DNA of 64,000 nt from Atribacterota bacterium (GCA_040767965.1 JAXGNR010000005.1:64001-128000); one strand, 5' to 3'. Positions 1 through 9,559 are shown, numbered from the stretch's first letter. Notes: generated by a model not told the origin, from the sequence alone. Program-made: numbers and translations.

Positions 1-773
1 ATGACTTGAGAAATCATCATCTTGATGCTGTGATTTTTGCTTGTCCCTGCAGTTCCAAACATTCAGCAGAAAATAAGATTGGCTGGATTGCAGATGTTGA
101 TTATCCAAAAGACAACCTGTTAAAAATAGGAATAGCTCATGGCAGTCTGGAAGGAATATCTCCAGATTTTAACAAATCATATTACCCGATGACTAGCAAA
201 GAATTAGAAGCAAGTGTTTCTGATCTTTGGTTACTGGGGCATACTCATTTATCATATCCGGAAAATCCTACAGAGAAAGATAAAATTTTTATTCCAGGTA
301 CACCTGAACCTGACGGATTTGACTGTAAGCATAAAGGCAATGCTTTTCTAATCAAAATAGAAAAACCCTCAGAAAAGGTAATTAAAAAAATAGATACTGG
401 TAAGTACAGATTTGTAATCAATAGTGTCTTACTGCAAGATGAAGGCAGTATTGAGAAAATGGAAGCAGAATATAGCAAAGTAGAATATAAAAATACTATC
501 TTGCGATTGATATTAGAGGGAAGATTGAAAAAAGAAGAGTTAATCAAGGCAAAAAAAGCTGTCAAGTCCATTGAGGAAAAGGCTTTATATCTGCAGACAA
601 TTTCAGAAGAACTTAACGAAGAAATTGGTCAGGGACTGATTAATAGTGAATTTACACAAGATTCATTTCCTCACCAATTACTTATATCATTACTGAATAG
701 CAATGAAAATGCTGCTTCTCAAGCTTTGCAAAAAGCTTACGACCTGATAAGGGAGATTAAAGATGAGGATTAA
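1..773 (+). CDS. SbcD/Mre11-like metallophosphoesterase DNA repair exonuclease, 5' truncated by the window edge
   Basis: C-terminal phosphoesterase motifs GIAHGS, LLGHTH and PGTPEPDGF. The frame is open to the window start and overlaps the SMC-like ATPase gene. Confidence 0.85.
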   Translation, partial: DLRNHHLDAVIFACPCSSKHSAENKIGWIADVDYPKDNLLKIGIAHGSLEGISPDFNKSYYPMTSKELEASVSDLWLLGHTHLSYPENPTEKDKIFIPGTPEPDGFDCKHKGNAFLIKIEKPSEKVIKKIDTGKYRFVINSVLLQDEGSIEKMEAEYSKVEYKNTILRLILEGRLKKEELIKAKKAVKSIEEKALYLQTISEELNEEIGQGLINSEFTQDSFPHQLLISLLNSNENAASQALQKAYDLIREIKDED

Positions 774-3204
774 AACATTGACATTGAAGCCTTTTGCGGG
801 TATCTCAGATCGAACATTACAATTTTCTCCCGGACTTAATATCATTACCGGTCCCAATGAGGCTGGAAAGTCTACTTTGCTTCAGGCCTTAGAGGCAGTT
901 CTATTCACACCAGTCGAACTAAGCAAAGCTAAATATGAAAAATTAATTAAGAATTATCTACCTGCCAGTGGAGGCAATATTATAAGGGTTTATCTTACTT
1001 TTCAATCTGCTGATAAAGAATTTCACCTGAAAAAAGAATGGAAGGCTGGAGGGAAGGATGGCGTTTGCATTATTAGATCTGAAGTTGACGGAGAATACAC
1101 CGGAGATAAAGAAGTGTCTGAATATTTCAGCCAATATCTGCCCGCAAAAGAAGGAACTATTAAAAATATATTATTAACATGGCAATCGGCTTTAGACAGA
1201 ACAAAGGATGTATTTAATGGCAATGGTCAGGATGTCCGTTCAGATTTAGGGAACATATTGCGTTCTTCCATTATGGAAACTGATGGAGTTTCTGTTGATA
1301 AGTTGAAAGAAAAAATTACCCAGGAATACAAAGATTACTTTGACCATTGGGATATAACAAAAAATGAACCGGAAAACAGAAGAGGCATCAATAACCCTTA
1401 TACAAGAGAAGTCGGGAAAATATTGAAAGCTTATTATGAAAAGGAAAATATTACTAGAGACTATACTCTTGCAGTCCAGATAGAGGAAGAAATTGACAGT
1501 ATAAATGATGAGATAAAAATAAAAGAAGAAAAGCAGGCAGGTATTAAGGATAAACTGACAAAATATGAATCCTTGAAATCTCCATTTATTGAGCGGCAAC
1601 AGATTGAAAGTGAAATAAAAATAATAAGCAATCAGATGGAGAATATAATAGAAAACAGTGAATCATGGACAATACAGGAAAATTGGCTATCCAATAATGC
1701 AGAAATAGAAATACAAAAAATAGAAGAAAGAATAAGTAGACTGGAAAAGGAAAAAGCAGACATACAAACATTTCTTGAACATAAAGGATTTCGGGAAAGA
1801 TTCAAAAAATTAAAAGAATTGTTTAATAATATTAGAAAAGCTGATAATCAACTATCTCAAGTTTTTCCTATAACAAGAGAAGAAATTGATATTTTACAGG
1901 AAAAAAAACAGCAAATTGAAGAAATTAAAAAAATTATTACTGCTTCAAAGTTAAGATTATTATTCAAAGCCAAAAATCTGCAAAAAATTATCACTAAAGA
2001 TACTACCGGATTAGCAGAAGAACATGTGGTTAACAAAGATCAGACTTTTGAAAAAGTGTTTCAAGGTAAATTATCTATAGATCAGCAGGATTGGTCTTTA
2101 GAAGTACAAGCCGGGGAAGGAGAAATAGATGTTTTGCTGGCCAGGAAGGAGAAAACAGAAAAAGAATACCTGGAAAAATTAACGAAAACAGGAGTAAGCA
2201 GCCTGGAAGAGGCTCAATCTGAAAATAGGAAATATGAGCAATATAAAAATGAAATGTATTTTGCCAGACAATCCTTTCAGCAAGAGTTGGGCAATGATAG
2301 TTATGAGAATTTGCAGAAAAAATATGAGGAACTTGCAAAAGAAAATCAGCCTTCATCTCTGGATGCAGATAAAAAAACTATTAACATTACCAATAGTATT
2401 CGCGATTTAAAAGAAATTGAAAAAAAGAAAGATAAATTTGCTGATAATATTAAGAGGTGGCAGGAAGAATACGGGACAAAAAGGGATTTACTGCTGAAGA
2501 TTGGAGAGAATCAATATAAATTAGAAAAAGCACGGGAAAAACTAAAAAATCTTCCTGAATTGCCAGCTGAATTTTCGGATTATAAAAACTTTTTTGATTA
2601 CCTGGATTTATTAAATAGGGAAAAAGAACAATACCGGGAAGATATTTATAATTTACGTGAGCAAAAGAATAAAAAAGAACTGGAAAAGCCTGAGTTTTCC
2701 TCTGAAGAGCTTCTAGCGATGCTTAATGAGGTAAAACAAAAATACCAAAGAATATACCTGGAAGGGGAAGCTATTGCCCTTATTAACAGTAAAACTACTG
2801 AACTGCTTTCTTCTACATTCCAGAATCCATACAAAGAGTTCCAATTGCTTTTTAAGGATTATTTCATGAAGATGTGTGCCGATTCTTTTACCAGTGTAAA
2901 AATGGAAGGAGATTATCCCAGCAGACTGATTAAACCTGATGGATCTGAATTATCTTATGATTTACTTTCATTTGGTACTAAAGATGTATTTTCTTTAGCG
3001 CTACGACTAACCATGGCAAACTATTTTCTGGCAGACAAGGAAGGCTTTCTTGTGCTGGATGACCCTCTAGTGGATATGGATTTTAACAGACAATCACTGG
3101 CTGCCCAACAGATTAATGAATTTGCAAAAACAAAACAGGTTATTTTCTTAACATGCCATAATCATACTGCAGATTTATTAGCTGGTGAGAGGATCATGTT
3201 ATAG
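763..3204 (+). CDS. SbcC/Rad50/YhaN-like SMC-type ATPase
   Basis: Walker A GPNEAGKS, long coiled coil, signature LSFGTKD, Walker B LVLDDPLVDMD, H-loop FLTCH. Confidence 0.88.
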   Translation: MRIKTLTLKPFAGISDRTLQFSPGLNIITGPNEAGKSTLLQALEAVLFTPVELSKAKYEKLIKNYLPASGGNIIRVYLTFQSADKEFHLKKEWKAGGKDGVCIIRSEVDGEYTGDKEVSEYFSQYLPAKEGTIKNILLTWQSALDRTKDVFNGNGQDVRSDLGNILRSSIMETDGVSVDKLKEKITQEYKDYFDHWDITKNEPENRRGINNPYTREVGKILKAYYEKENITRDYTLAVQIEEEIDSINDEIKIKEEKQAGIKDKLTKYESLKSPFIERQQIESEIKIISNQMENIIENSESWTIQENWLSNNAEIEIQKIEERISRLEKEKADIQTFLEHKGFRERFKKLKELFNNIRKADNQLSQVFPITREEIDILQEKKQQIEEIKKIITASKLRLLFKAKNLQKIITKDTTGLAEEHVVNKDQTFEKVFQGKLSIDQQDWSLEVQAGEGEIDVLLARKEKTEKEYLEKLTKTGVSSLEEAQSENRKYEQYKNEMYFARQSFQQELGNDSYENLQKKYEELAKENQPSSLDADKKTINITNSIRDLKEIEKKKDKFADNIKRWQEEYGTKRDLLLKIGENQYKLEKAREKLKNLPELPAEFSDYKNFFDYLDLLNREKEQYREDIYNLREQKNKKELEKPEFSSEELLAMLNEVKQKYQRIYLEGEAIALINSKTTELLSSTFQNPYKEFQLLFKDYFMKMCADSFTSVKMEGDYPSRLIKPDGSELSYDLLSFGTKDVFSLALRLTMANYFLADKEGFLVLDDPLVDMDFNRQSLAAQQINEFAKTKQVIFLTCHNHTADLLAGERIML

Positions 3205-3312
3205 ACTGTGAAAATCTATAAACTAATTATATGGAAATATTAACTTTCTTATAGTAAAATTATAAAAGTGTGTGAATCATTTTTAAAAAATCCGGAACAT
3301 TAAAATATTAAA

Positions 3313-3388
3313 GGGGGTATAGCTCAGTTGGGAGAGCGCTGCGTTCGCATCGCAGAGGTCAGGGGTTCGAATCCCCTTATCTCCACCA
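3313..3388 (+). tRNA. tRNA-Ala (anticodon CGC)
   Basis: 76-nt cloverleaf. Acceptor stem GGGGGTA/TATCTCC has the G3:U70 alanine determinant. Anticodon arm is CTGCG-TTCGCAT-CGCAG, T loop is TTCGAAT, and CCA is encoded. Confidence 0.97.
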
Positions 3389-3397
3389 GAAAATTAG

Positions 3398-3445
3398 AAG
3401 GCCAGGTATTTATATGGAAAAAGAAAAATGCCTGACTTTTTTATT
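3398..3445 (+). terminator. Probable intrinsic terminator after the tRNA
   Basis: Imperfect stem AAGGCCAGGTATTT...AAATGCCTGACTTT followed by a T run. Confidence 0.45.
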
Positions 3446-3534
3446 ATAGAAAATAAATTCATCTCAAAAAAAACAAGTAAATTACAATTATTTTATTAAT
3501 TCAGATAAAATTTGAAAAAAATAAGGAGATTTAA

Positions 3535-3987
3535 ATTAAAATATTAGCTTGTACAGACGGATCAGAATACAGCAAAAAAGCTTTACAGCAAGCAATGGAA
3601 ATTGCTGATGGATGTAAAGTTAACGAAGTTGTTATTTTACATGTGTATGATAGTAAAATTACCAATATATTGTCTTATTCATCTGAAGTTATAACCCCTG
3701 ATTTGATAACGCAATATCAACAGATGTTAGAAGAAGATAAAAAAAAGAAGGAAAAAATGTTACTTGAGGCAAAAAAAATCTTCCAACAGAGAAATATAAA
3801 AACCCGCACTATATTTAAAGAAGGAATTCCTTCAGAGACAATTATTCAGATTGCCAAGGAAGAAGAAATTGATGTGATAGTAATAAGCAGCAGAGGGCTG
3901 GGAGGGCTGAAAAAGGTATTGTTGGGTAGTGTAAGTAATTCTGTCATACAGGAGGCAGAAAATTGTAGTGTTCTTATTGTAAAGTAA
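3535..3987 (+). CDS. Universal stress protein (UspA family), probable ATT start
   Basis: Extending upstream of ATG 3595 gives (M)KILACTDGSEYSKKA, the canonical USP N-terminus. C-terminal SRGLGGLKKVLLGSVS motif. AAGGAG lies 6 nt before ATT at 3535. Confidence 0.88.
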   Translation: MKILACTDGSEYSKKALQQAMEIADGCKVNEVVILHVYDSKITNILSYSSEVITPDLITQYQQMLEEDKKKKEKMLLEAKKIFQQRNIKTRTIFKEGIPSETIIQIAKEEEIDVIVISSRGLGGLKKVLLGSVSNSVIQEAENCSVLIVK

Positions 3988-4056
3988 AGAATTCGATACA
4001 GGAACCGTAAGAATAATTGATTCAATTTTAATAAAATGAATAAGTATTTACTTTGT

Positions 4057-4086
4057 TGAAGCTTATATATGTGAAGCTTATATATG
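4057..4086 (+). repeat. 15-bp perfect tandem duplication TGAAGCTTATATATG x2
   Basis: Read directly in the intergenic region before the M20 peptidase gene. Confidence 0.9.
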
Positions 4087-4122
4087 AAAGTGCATTAAAA
4101 TATAAAAGCTAATGGTTTAAAA

Positions 4123-5229
4123 ATGAAAAAAGAATTAAATAAATATATCAGCAAGAATAAAAATAAGCTGATCAAAATAGCAGAAAAAATATGTAAAATA
4201 CCATCACCTACCGGACAGGAAGGCAAAAAGGCTGTGTTTATTAAGAAAATGCTTGATACTATTAATCCCGGGATTGCCAGAATAGATGAAGCAGGTAATG
4301 TTTTATATAGGCATACCGTTTCACCTGAAAAAAAATACTCTGTTTATGCGGCTCACATTGATACAGTTTTTAAAGATATTAAAGTAATTGAGCCAAAAAT
4401 TATTGCTGATAAAATGTATGCTCCGTCAATTGGGGATAATACTATAAATGTAGCTGCTCTCATATTTATAATAAAAATGATAAAAAAAGGAATCTTTTTT
4501 CCTGATAAAAACATAATATTTGTTTTTAATGTAGGAGAAGAAGGTCTTGGAAATCTTAAAGGGATAAAGTTGATTATAGAGAATTTTCAACAACAGATTG
4601 AAGAGGTTATTGCTGTAGATGGAGAATACTCTTTTGTTTATAATGCTGGAGTTGGGTCAAAAAGGTATTTGGTTAAAATTAAAACACCTGGAGGCCATAG
4701 TTATAGTGACTTTGGCAATGAAAGTGCTATCCGGGTTGCAGCTAAAATAATAGTTGGTATTTACAATATTACTGTTCCAGAAAAGGTCAAAACAACTTAT
4801 AACGTGGGAATAATAAATGGAGGAACTTCCATTAATACAATAGCTCAAGAATGTGAGTTTAATGTCGATTTACGTTCAGAAGAGAGCGATAGTCTTTTAG
4901 AGATAGAGAATAACTTTTTAAATATTTTAAATAATTATCAAAATGATAATACAGTAATTAATTTTGAATTAATTGGAGAACGCCCTTGTGGTTTTATTTC
5001 TATAAAAGACGATCTTGTTCAGAGAATTATTGAAACAAGAAAAGAATTAGGGCTTGAGATTAAGTTTGAATCCGGCAGCACAGATGCTAATTTGCCTTTG
5101 AGTAAGAGTATCCCGGCTATATCTTTTGGGGTATATCTGGGTAAAGGAGCACATACTACAAAAGAGTATATTGACATTAATTCTTTAGAAGTAGGAATAA
5201 AACACCTACTGTATTTTATGTTAAAGTAA
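4123..5229 (+). CDS. M20/M25/M40 family metallopeptidase (PepT-like)
   Basis: Motifs AHIDTVF, IGDN, GEEGLGNL, GGHS, STDAN and GAHT. Confidence 0.88.
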   Translation: MKKELNKYISKNKNKLIKIAEKICKIPSPTGQEGKKAVFIKKMLDTINPGIARIDEAGNVLYRHTVSPEKKYSVYAAHIDTVFKDIKVIEPKIIADKMYAPSIGDNTINVAALIFIIKMIKKGIFFPDKNIIFVFNVGEEGLGNLKGIKLIIENFQQQIEEVIAVDGEYSFVYNAGVGSKRYLVKIKTPGGHSYSDFGNESAIRVAAKIIVGIYNITVPEKVKTTYNVGIINGGTSINTIAQECEFNVDLRSEESDSLLEIENNFLNILNNYQNDNTVINFELIGERPCGFISIKDDLVQRIIETRKELGLEIKFESGSTDANLPLSKSIPAISFGVYLGKGAHTTKEYIDINSLEVGIKHLLYFMLK

Positions 5230-5257
5230 ACTGATAATTTTTGCTTATTAAATAAAA

Positions 5258-6028
5258 TCAATTGGATGAATTTTGTATAATATTTTCATATTTTTCTTGA
5301 TGGGCAAGATGTAAAATATTCAAAGGGCAATTTTTCACACAGGTGTTACATCTAATGCATTGTTCTTCTTCAAATTTATTATTATTAAATTCCAGGTAAG
5401 GCGTAAGCTGAACTGGACAGACTCTGGCACATTTCCCACATTTAATGCATTTTTCAGGTTTTTCAATAATAATCATTTCATCTGTTTTTCTTGTTAAACC
5501 AAACTTTTTACCAATTTTATAAAAAAACCACTGCATTGTACCCATTGGACAAAATTTACACCAAGTTCTTGGATTTATTATTATTGCCAGGAAACTTCCC
5601 GTAAGCAATACCATAAGATAAATATTAGAAAAAATAAAACCGAGCTTTTCATAAAATTCTGTAGTTCCCATTAGATTATATATTCGAAAAAAACGACTGC
5701 TTAAATTAAAAATAAAAAATATTAAAACAACTGCAATGAAATAACGGGATCCAAATAAGGAAGGTATTTTTTTATTACGGCTGATTTGTAGTGTAATATT
5801 GTCAAAGAAACTGCCATGTGGACAAAAATTTCCACACCAATATTTCCCTTTAAAAAGACTTGTTAAAATCAAAGCTATCATTATAAATGGTACCGCAAGT
5901 CCTAAAAAAGGAATGAATTGCCCAACAACTCCTATGAGTATAGTAAAAATCCATCCAAATCTACTAATAAATGAGAATGATCTGTTTGTTTTCAAATAAT
6001 AATTGTTGTTCTTGTTATTTTTCTCCAT
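5258..6028 (-). CDS. Membrane 4Fe-4S binding protein (NapH/RdxA/YccM-like)
   Basis: TM helices, two CxxxCP motifs (WCGNFCP, WCKFCP) and two C-terminal CxxCxxCxxxCP ferredoxin motifs. Confidence 0.88.
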   Translation of the reverse strand: MEKNNKNNNYYLKTNRSFSFISRFGWIFTILIGVVGQFIPFLGLAVPFIMIALILTSLFKGKYWCGNFCPHGSFFDNITLQISRNKKIPSLFGSRYFIAVVLIFFIFNLSSRFFRIYNLMGTTEFYEKLGFIFSNIYLMVLLTGSFLAIIINPRTWCKFCPMGTMQWFFYKIGKKFGLTRKTDEMIIIEKPEKCIKCGKCARVCPVQLTPYLEFNNNKFEEEQCIRCNTCVKNCPLNILHLAHQEKYENIIQNSSN

Positions 6029-6063
6029 TTCCTACTCCATTTTTAAAATATTATATTATTGCA

Positions 6064-6092
6064 ATCAAATATACCCCCTAGGGGTATGACAA
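6064..6092 (-). promoter_or_regulatory. Sigma70-like promoter with a CsoR/CstR-family operator (ATACCCC-CTA-GGGGTAT, 6071-6087) in the spacer
   Basis: Minus strand reads TTGTCA-N17-TTTGAT. The TAC-C-tract/G-tract-GTA palindrome is the typical CsoR-family box. Confidence 0.7.
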
Positions 6093-6138
6093 CTATAATA
6101 ACATTATTTAAAATAATGTCAAATAAAAAAAGAATTAT

Positions 6139-7498
6139 GTCTGTGTCAAATTTTTGTAGGTACTTTTTTCCACTGCCAAAATGTTTATGGTTTAAGGCAG
6201 AGCTACCTTACAGATTTGAAAAGACTATATTAGTTTTAATACACATCAAATACCCTTCTTTTATTTAATTTACAGTCATAAATACGAAATATGCTTTTTT
6301 AAATTTTTTCTATTTAATTACACAAGCTCTAATTGAGATAATTTTTCTAAAACACCTACCTGTGGTTTATCCTGATCTTGTCCATCCGCCGATCTTAGCC
6401 TGGATTACTGAAGAAGAAACTTCTTTGGTAAAAGAAGATGCTGATAAGGGTGGTTTAAGTGGTGTTATCTTGATAGGATGGTTCCTTTTGCCCCACCGTG
6501 AATCCCACTTGCCATTTAGAATGGTTTCTTTTACCTTCAGTAAAGAGAATGCTCCTTTTGCTCCAGCTTCGCCCTGCTTTTTAAAGCGGTTAGCAATGGC
6601 CAGTTTGACATTGGACTCAATCGCTCCTGTTTTAGCGATGTCCTTGTCCTTTAGAGTTGCCTGATTACTGATCCCCTAAAGGTTGTTCGCTATATAGGAG
6701 TAAAAAGTCTGCCAAAAGCTTTTTCTGTTTTGGCTCAGAAGAGACTACCAAGAGATTGTCAATCCCGGCTAGGGCTTCATCAATCCGGTCGGATAAAAGT
6801 AAGCTTCTGATCAGCTTCTGCTGGGTCTTATTGCCCGGAAGAGCTTCCTTGAGGCGTTTGTTCAGGTGAAAACGGCAAAGTAGATAAGTGGCAGAAGGGA
6901 AGTAGTCACGGATTCCGGAGGTGATCCACTTGTCTCCGTTAGACTCATGGCTGCGGGTATGACCCAGTAAAAGCTTGGTTTGGCCTACCACTTCCCGGTA
7001 GGAAGATAAGCTGGCAAGTAAACACTCGGTCATGGCACGGGAAAGGCTGATCCGCTGGTTTTTGATGGTAGAAAGAGCCTCATCCAAACAGGTATTGGGC
7101 TTTACCGGTCTTCTCAAGGTAACGGGTGCGGGAAAAGGAGACATCACTCAAAACGGGTTAAGAAGGTTTTGCTTCTTTTAATTTATATTTTTCAGTTTTC
7201 CACGTCTTCTGTTCTTGCGCAGGTAGTCATCAATATCAGAGAGCACTTTGGCAAGACCATCGTGCAATTTTTTGCATCAGTGTCAAAAGACTGTTCTCCA
7301 GAGTGCTGTGAGATCCCTTATTGGAATTTCTACCTGACCTGGGAAAAGTTATGGTTAATAGCATCAATATCCATAGGTGTAGTCTTACCTCCTATTTAAA
7401 GGATATTTGATGGGTATTTTTAGGTAAGTCTACACCTTTTTTATGTTAGTAAGCAAGTTTAAAGTATCTTTAAGTACCCCAGTAAATTTTACACTAAC
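6139..7498 (-). mobile_element. Degenerate ISLre2-family (UPF0236) insertion sequence
   Basis: Imperfect terminal IRs GTCTGTGTCAAATTT and GTTAGTGTAAAATTT (reverse complement of the right end). Perfect 9-bp flanking direct repeat AAGAATTAT at 6130-6138 and 7499-7507. Higher GC than the flanks. Confidence 0.88.
6340..7374 (-). pseudogene. ISLre2-family transposase pseudogene with stops, frameshifts and probably an internal deletion (3' end approximate)
   Basis: GGAGGT SD and ATG at 7374, followed by an early TAG. Fragments include NGDKWITSGIRDYFPSATYLLCRFHL and GAIESNVKLAIANRFKKQG. Confidence 0.8.
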
Positions 7499-7732
7499 AA
7501 GAATTATGTCAATTATATAAACTATTTCCTTTTTTGAAGAACATAATGCAAAAAAATGTTAATTTCTAAATAAAAAAATGGAAAAATATATAAAATAATT
7601 TATTTAACAATCTTTGTTGAAATAATTATAAAAAATAGTTAGTATTTAAATGTATTATTTTTGATGATAATATGTGTTAGATTTAATAATAAGACCTGAG
7701 AATTTATAGCACAAAATTACAGATAAAGGACT

Positions 7733-8386
7733 ATGATGTTTAAATTTATTGAAGTTAAATACAAAAAAATTATTTACATCCCAAAATTGATAATTAAACC
7801 TGGTTTTACTGCATTGTTTGGTCCAAGTGGAAGTGGTAAAACTACTATTTTAAAAATGCTAAATAAAATGATTTCCCCTACTACCGGTAGTATTATCTTT
7901 AATGGGATAGATTTAAAACAAATAAGATCTGTCGAGCATCGCAGGAATGCTATCCTTCTTTCTCAGAGTCCGGTTGTATTTGAAGGAACAATAAAAGACA
8001 ATTTGAACATAGGATTTAAATTCCAGGGAAAAACAAGCCCTGATGACAGGACATTGTCAGAGATGCTTGCTCAAGTCCAATTGAAAAAAGATTTATATGA
8101 ATTAGCAAATCAGTTATCAGGAGGTGAGAAGCAAAGACTTGCCCTGGGAAGATTGCTTTTATTTGATCCTACAGTATATTTATTGGATGAACCAGCAGCA
8201 TCTTTGGATGATAATTCTGAAGATATAATTATAAAAATGGTTTCTGAACAGGTAAAAATTTCTGAAAAATCAGTAATAATGGTTACACATTCCCGGACGG
8301 TGGCTGAAAAATATGCAGATGAAATAATTGAGCTAACAGACGGTAAAATAAAAAACAGCGGAGTTTTATATGCAGGGGATAACTAG
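7733..8386 (+). CDS. fetA: ABC transporter ATP-binding protein (FetA/YbbL-like)
   Basis: GPSGSGKT, LSGGEKQR and LLDEP motifs. Overlaps a UPF0014 permease gene. Confidence 0.75.
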   Translation: MMFKFIEVKYKKIIYIPKLIIKPGFTALFGPSGSGKTTILKMLNKMISPTTGSIIFNGIDLKQIRSVEHRRNAILLSQSPVVFEGTIKDNLNIGFKFQGKTSPDDRTLSEMLAQVQLKKDLYELANQLSGGEKQRLALGRLLLFDPTVYLLDEPAASLDDNSEDIIIKMVSEQVKISEKSVIMVTHSRTVAEKYADEIIELTDGKIKNSGVLYAGDN

Positions 8387-9158
8387 TTTGGAAATAGAGC
8401 AAGTAGCATTATCTTATATCTTTGTATTGCTGGTATTGTTCATAATATTTAAGAGGGGAATCAACAGAGAAAAAGATCTTTTTATTGCCTCTATAAGAAT
8501 GACTATTCAGCTTGTACTGGCTGGTTTTTTATTAACTTATATCTTAAATAATCCCAGCCCTGTATTAACAATTAGTTTTATTTTTGCGATGGAATGTTTT
8601 GCTATCAACACGGTATATAAAAGATTTTCCGGTAAATTATCAAAAAAATTAAAATTAATAATTGCTTTTTCCATGGGAGCAGGTACTTTTTCCTGTATTC
8701 TTTATTTTTTATTTGTGGTTATAAGGATTAATCCCTGGTATGACCCTCAATACTTTATTCCTATTGCCGGAATGCTGGTTGGAAATTCCATGACCGGTAT
8801 TTCTCTGGGAATTAAATCTCTCCTGGAGGGAATGAAAAACCAAAAAAGTATAGTAGAGGAAGCTCTTAATTTAGGAGCAACTCCTCAGATGGCTACTAAA
8901 TCAATAGTAGACAGTACCTTTGATGCATCTATTATGCCTACTATAAATTCTATGCTTGGAATGGGTATTGTTTTCTTGCCGGGAATGATGACCGGACAAA
9001 TATTGTCAGGCACATTGCCCACAACTGCTGTAGCATATCAAATAATAATTATGTGTGGTATTTTAGGGGCAGTAGGATTAACAGTTATTTTAATGCTACA
9101 ATTTGGTTATCGAAGCTTTTTTAATGAAGAAGATCAGTTAATTGAAAATAATTTTTAA
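8370..9158 (+). CDS. fetB: ABC permease FetB/YbbM (UPF0014)
   Basis: Motifs RMTIQL, IPIAGMLVGNSM and GIVFLPGMMTGQILSG. Confidence 0.85.
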   Translation: MQGITSLEIEQVALSYIFVLLVLFIIFKRGINREKDLFIASIRMTIQLVLAGFLLTYILNNPSPVLTISFIFAMECFAINTVYKRFSGKLSKKLKLIIAFSMGAGTFSCILYFLFVVIRINPWYDPQYFIPIAGMLVGNSMTGISLGIKSLLEGMKNQKSIVEEALNLGATPQMATKSIVDSTFDASIMPTINSMLGMGIVFLPGMMTGQILSGTLPTTAVAYQIIIMCGILGAVGLTVILMLQFGYRSFFNEEDQLIENNF

Positions 9159-9530
9159 TTTTTGTTGTTATGCATAACCTTTTTTAAATTAGTCTGTGAA
9201 TTATGCAAAAAGCTACCGACTTGACACATGATTATCCAGGCACTATACAGGCATCCAATAATTATTATTTTATAATAACCCTGATAATATGGTACCACAA
9301 AATATTCCTCACATCTAAAAAGATAATTAAGAAATTATCAATCTTAAAATGAACAGAAATAGTGGAGATTACTAGTAAGTTAATACAAAAATTTTAACTA
9401 ATATGGTACATTTGCATCTTGCTAATCGGATCCTCCTCTAAAAAACGTTTTGAATTTTATAAAAAAACTGTCCAGACCAGAATTGACCTTTTGAATGTGT
9501 AATAAAAAAATATTTAGCCTAGGAAAATAA

Positions 9531-9559
9531 TTGACAAAGAATATCCCACATAATAAAAT
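9531..9559 (+). promoter_or_regulatory. Sigma70 promoter of the hydantoin operon
   Basis: TTGACA-N17-TAAAAT, 37 nt before ATG 9597, with an AAGGAG SD. Confidence 0.7.

Noticed and set aside
3313-3600. tRNA-Ala as a possible integration site
   Set aside because: No integrase, and I saw no duplicate of the tRNA 3' end in the window.
6059-7399. Plus-strand ORFs 6059..6268, 6362..6664 and 7169..7399
   Set aside because: They overlap the IS end or lie antisense to the transposase pseudogene and show no protein features.
9200-9440. Minus-strand GAGGAGG followed by a hydrophobic open stretch
   Set aside because: The ATG frame stops after 7 codons and the rest has no recognisable homology. It may be a remnant but is unsupported.
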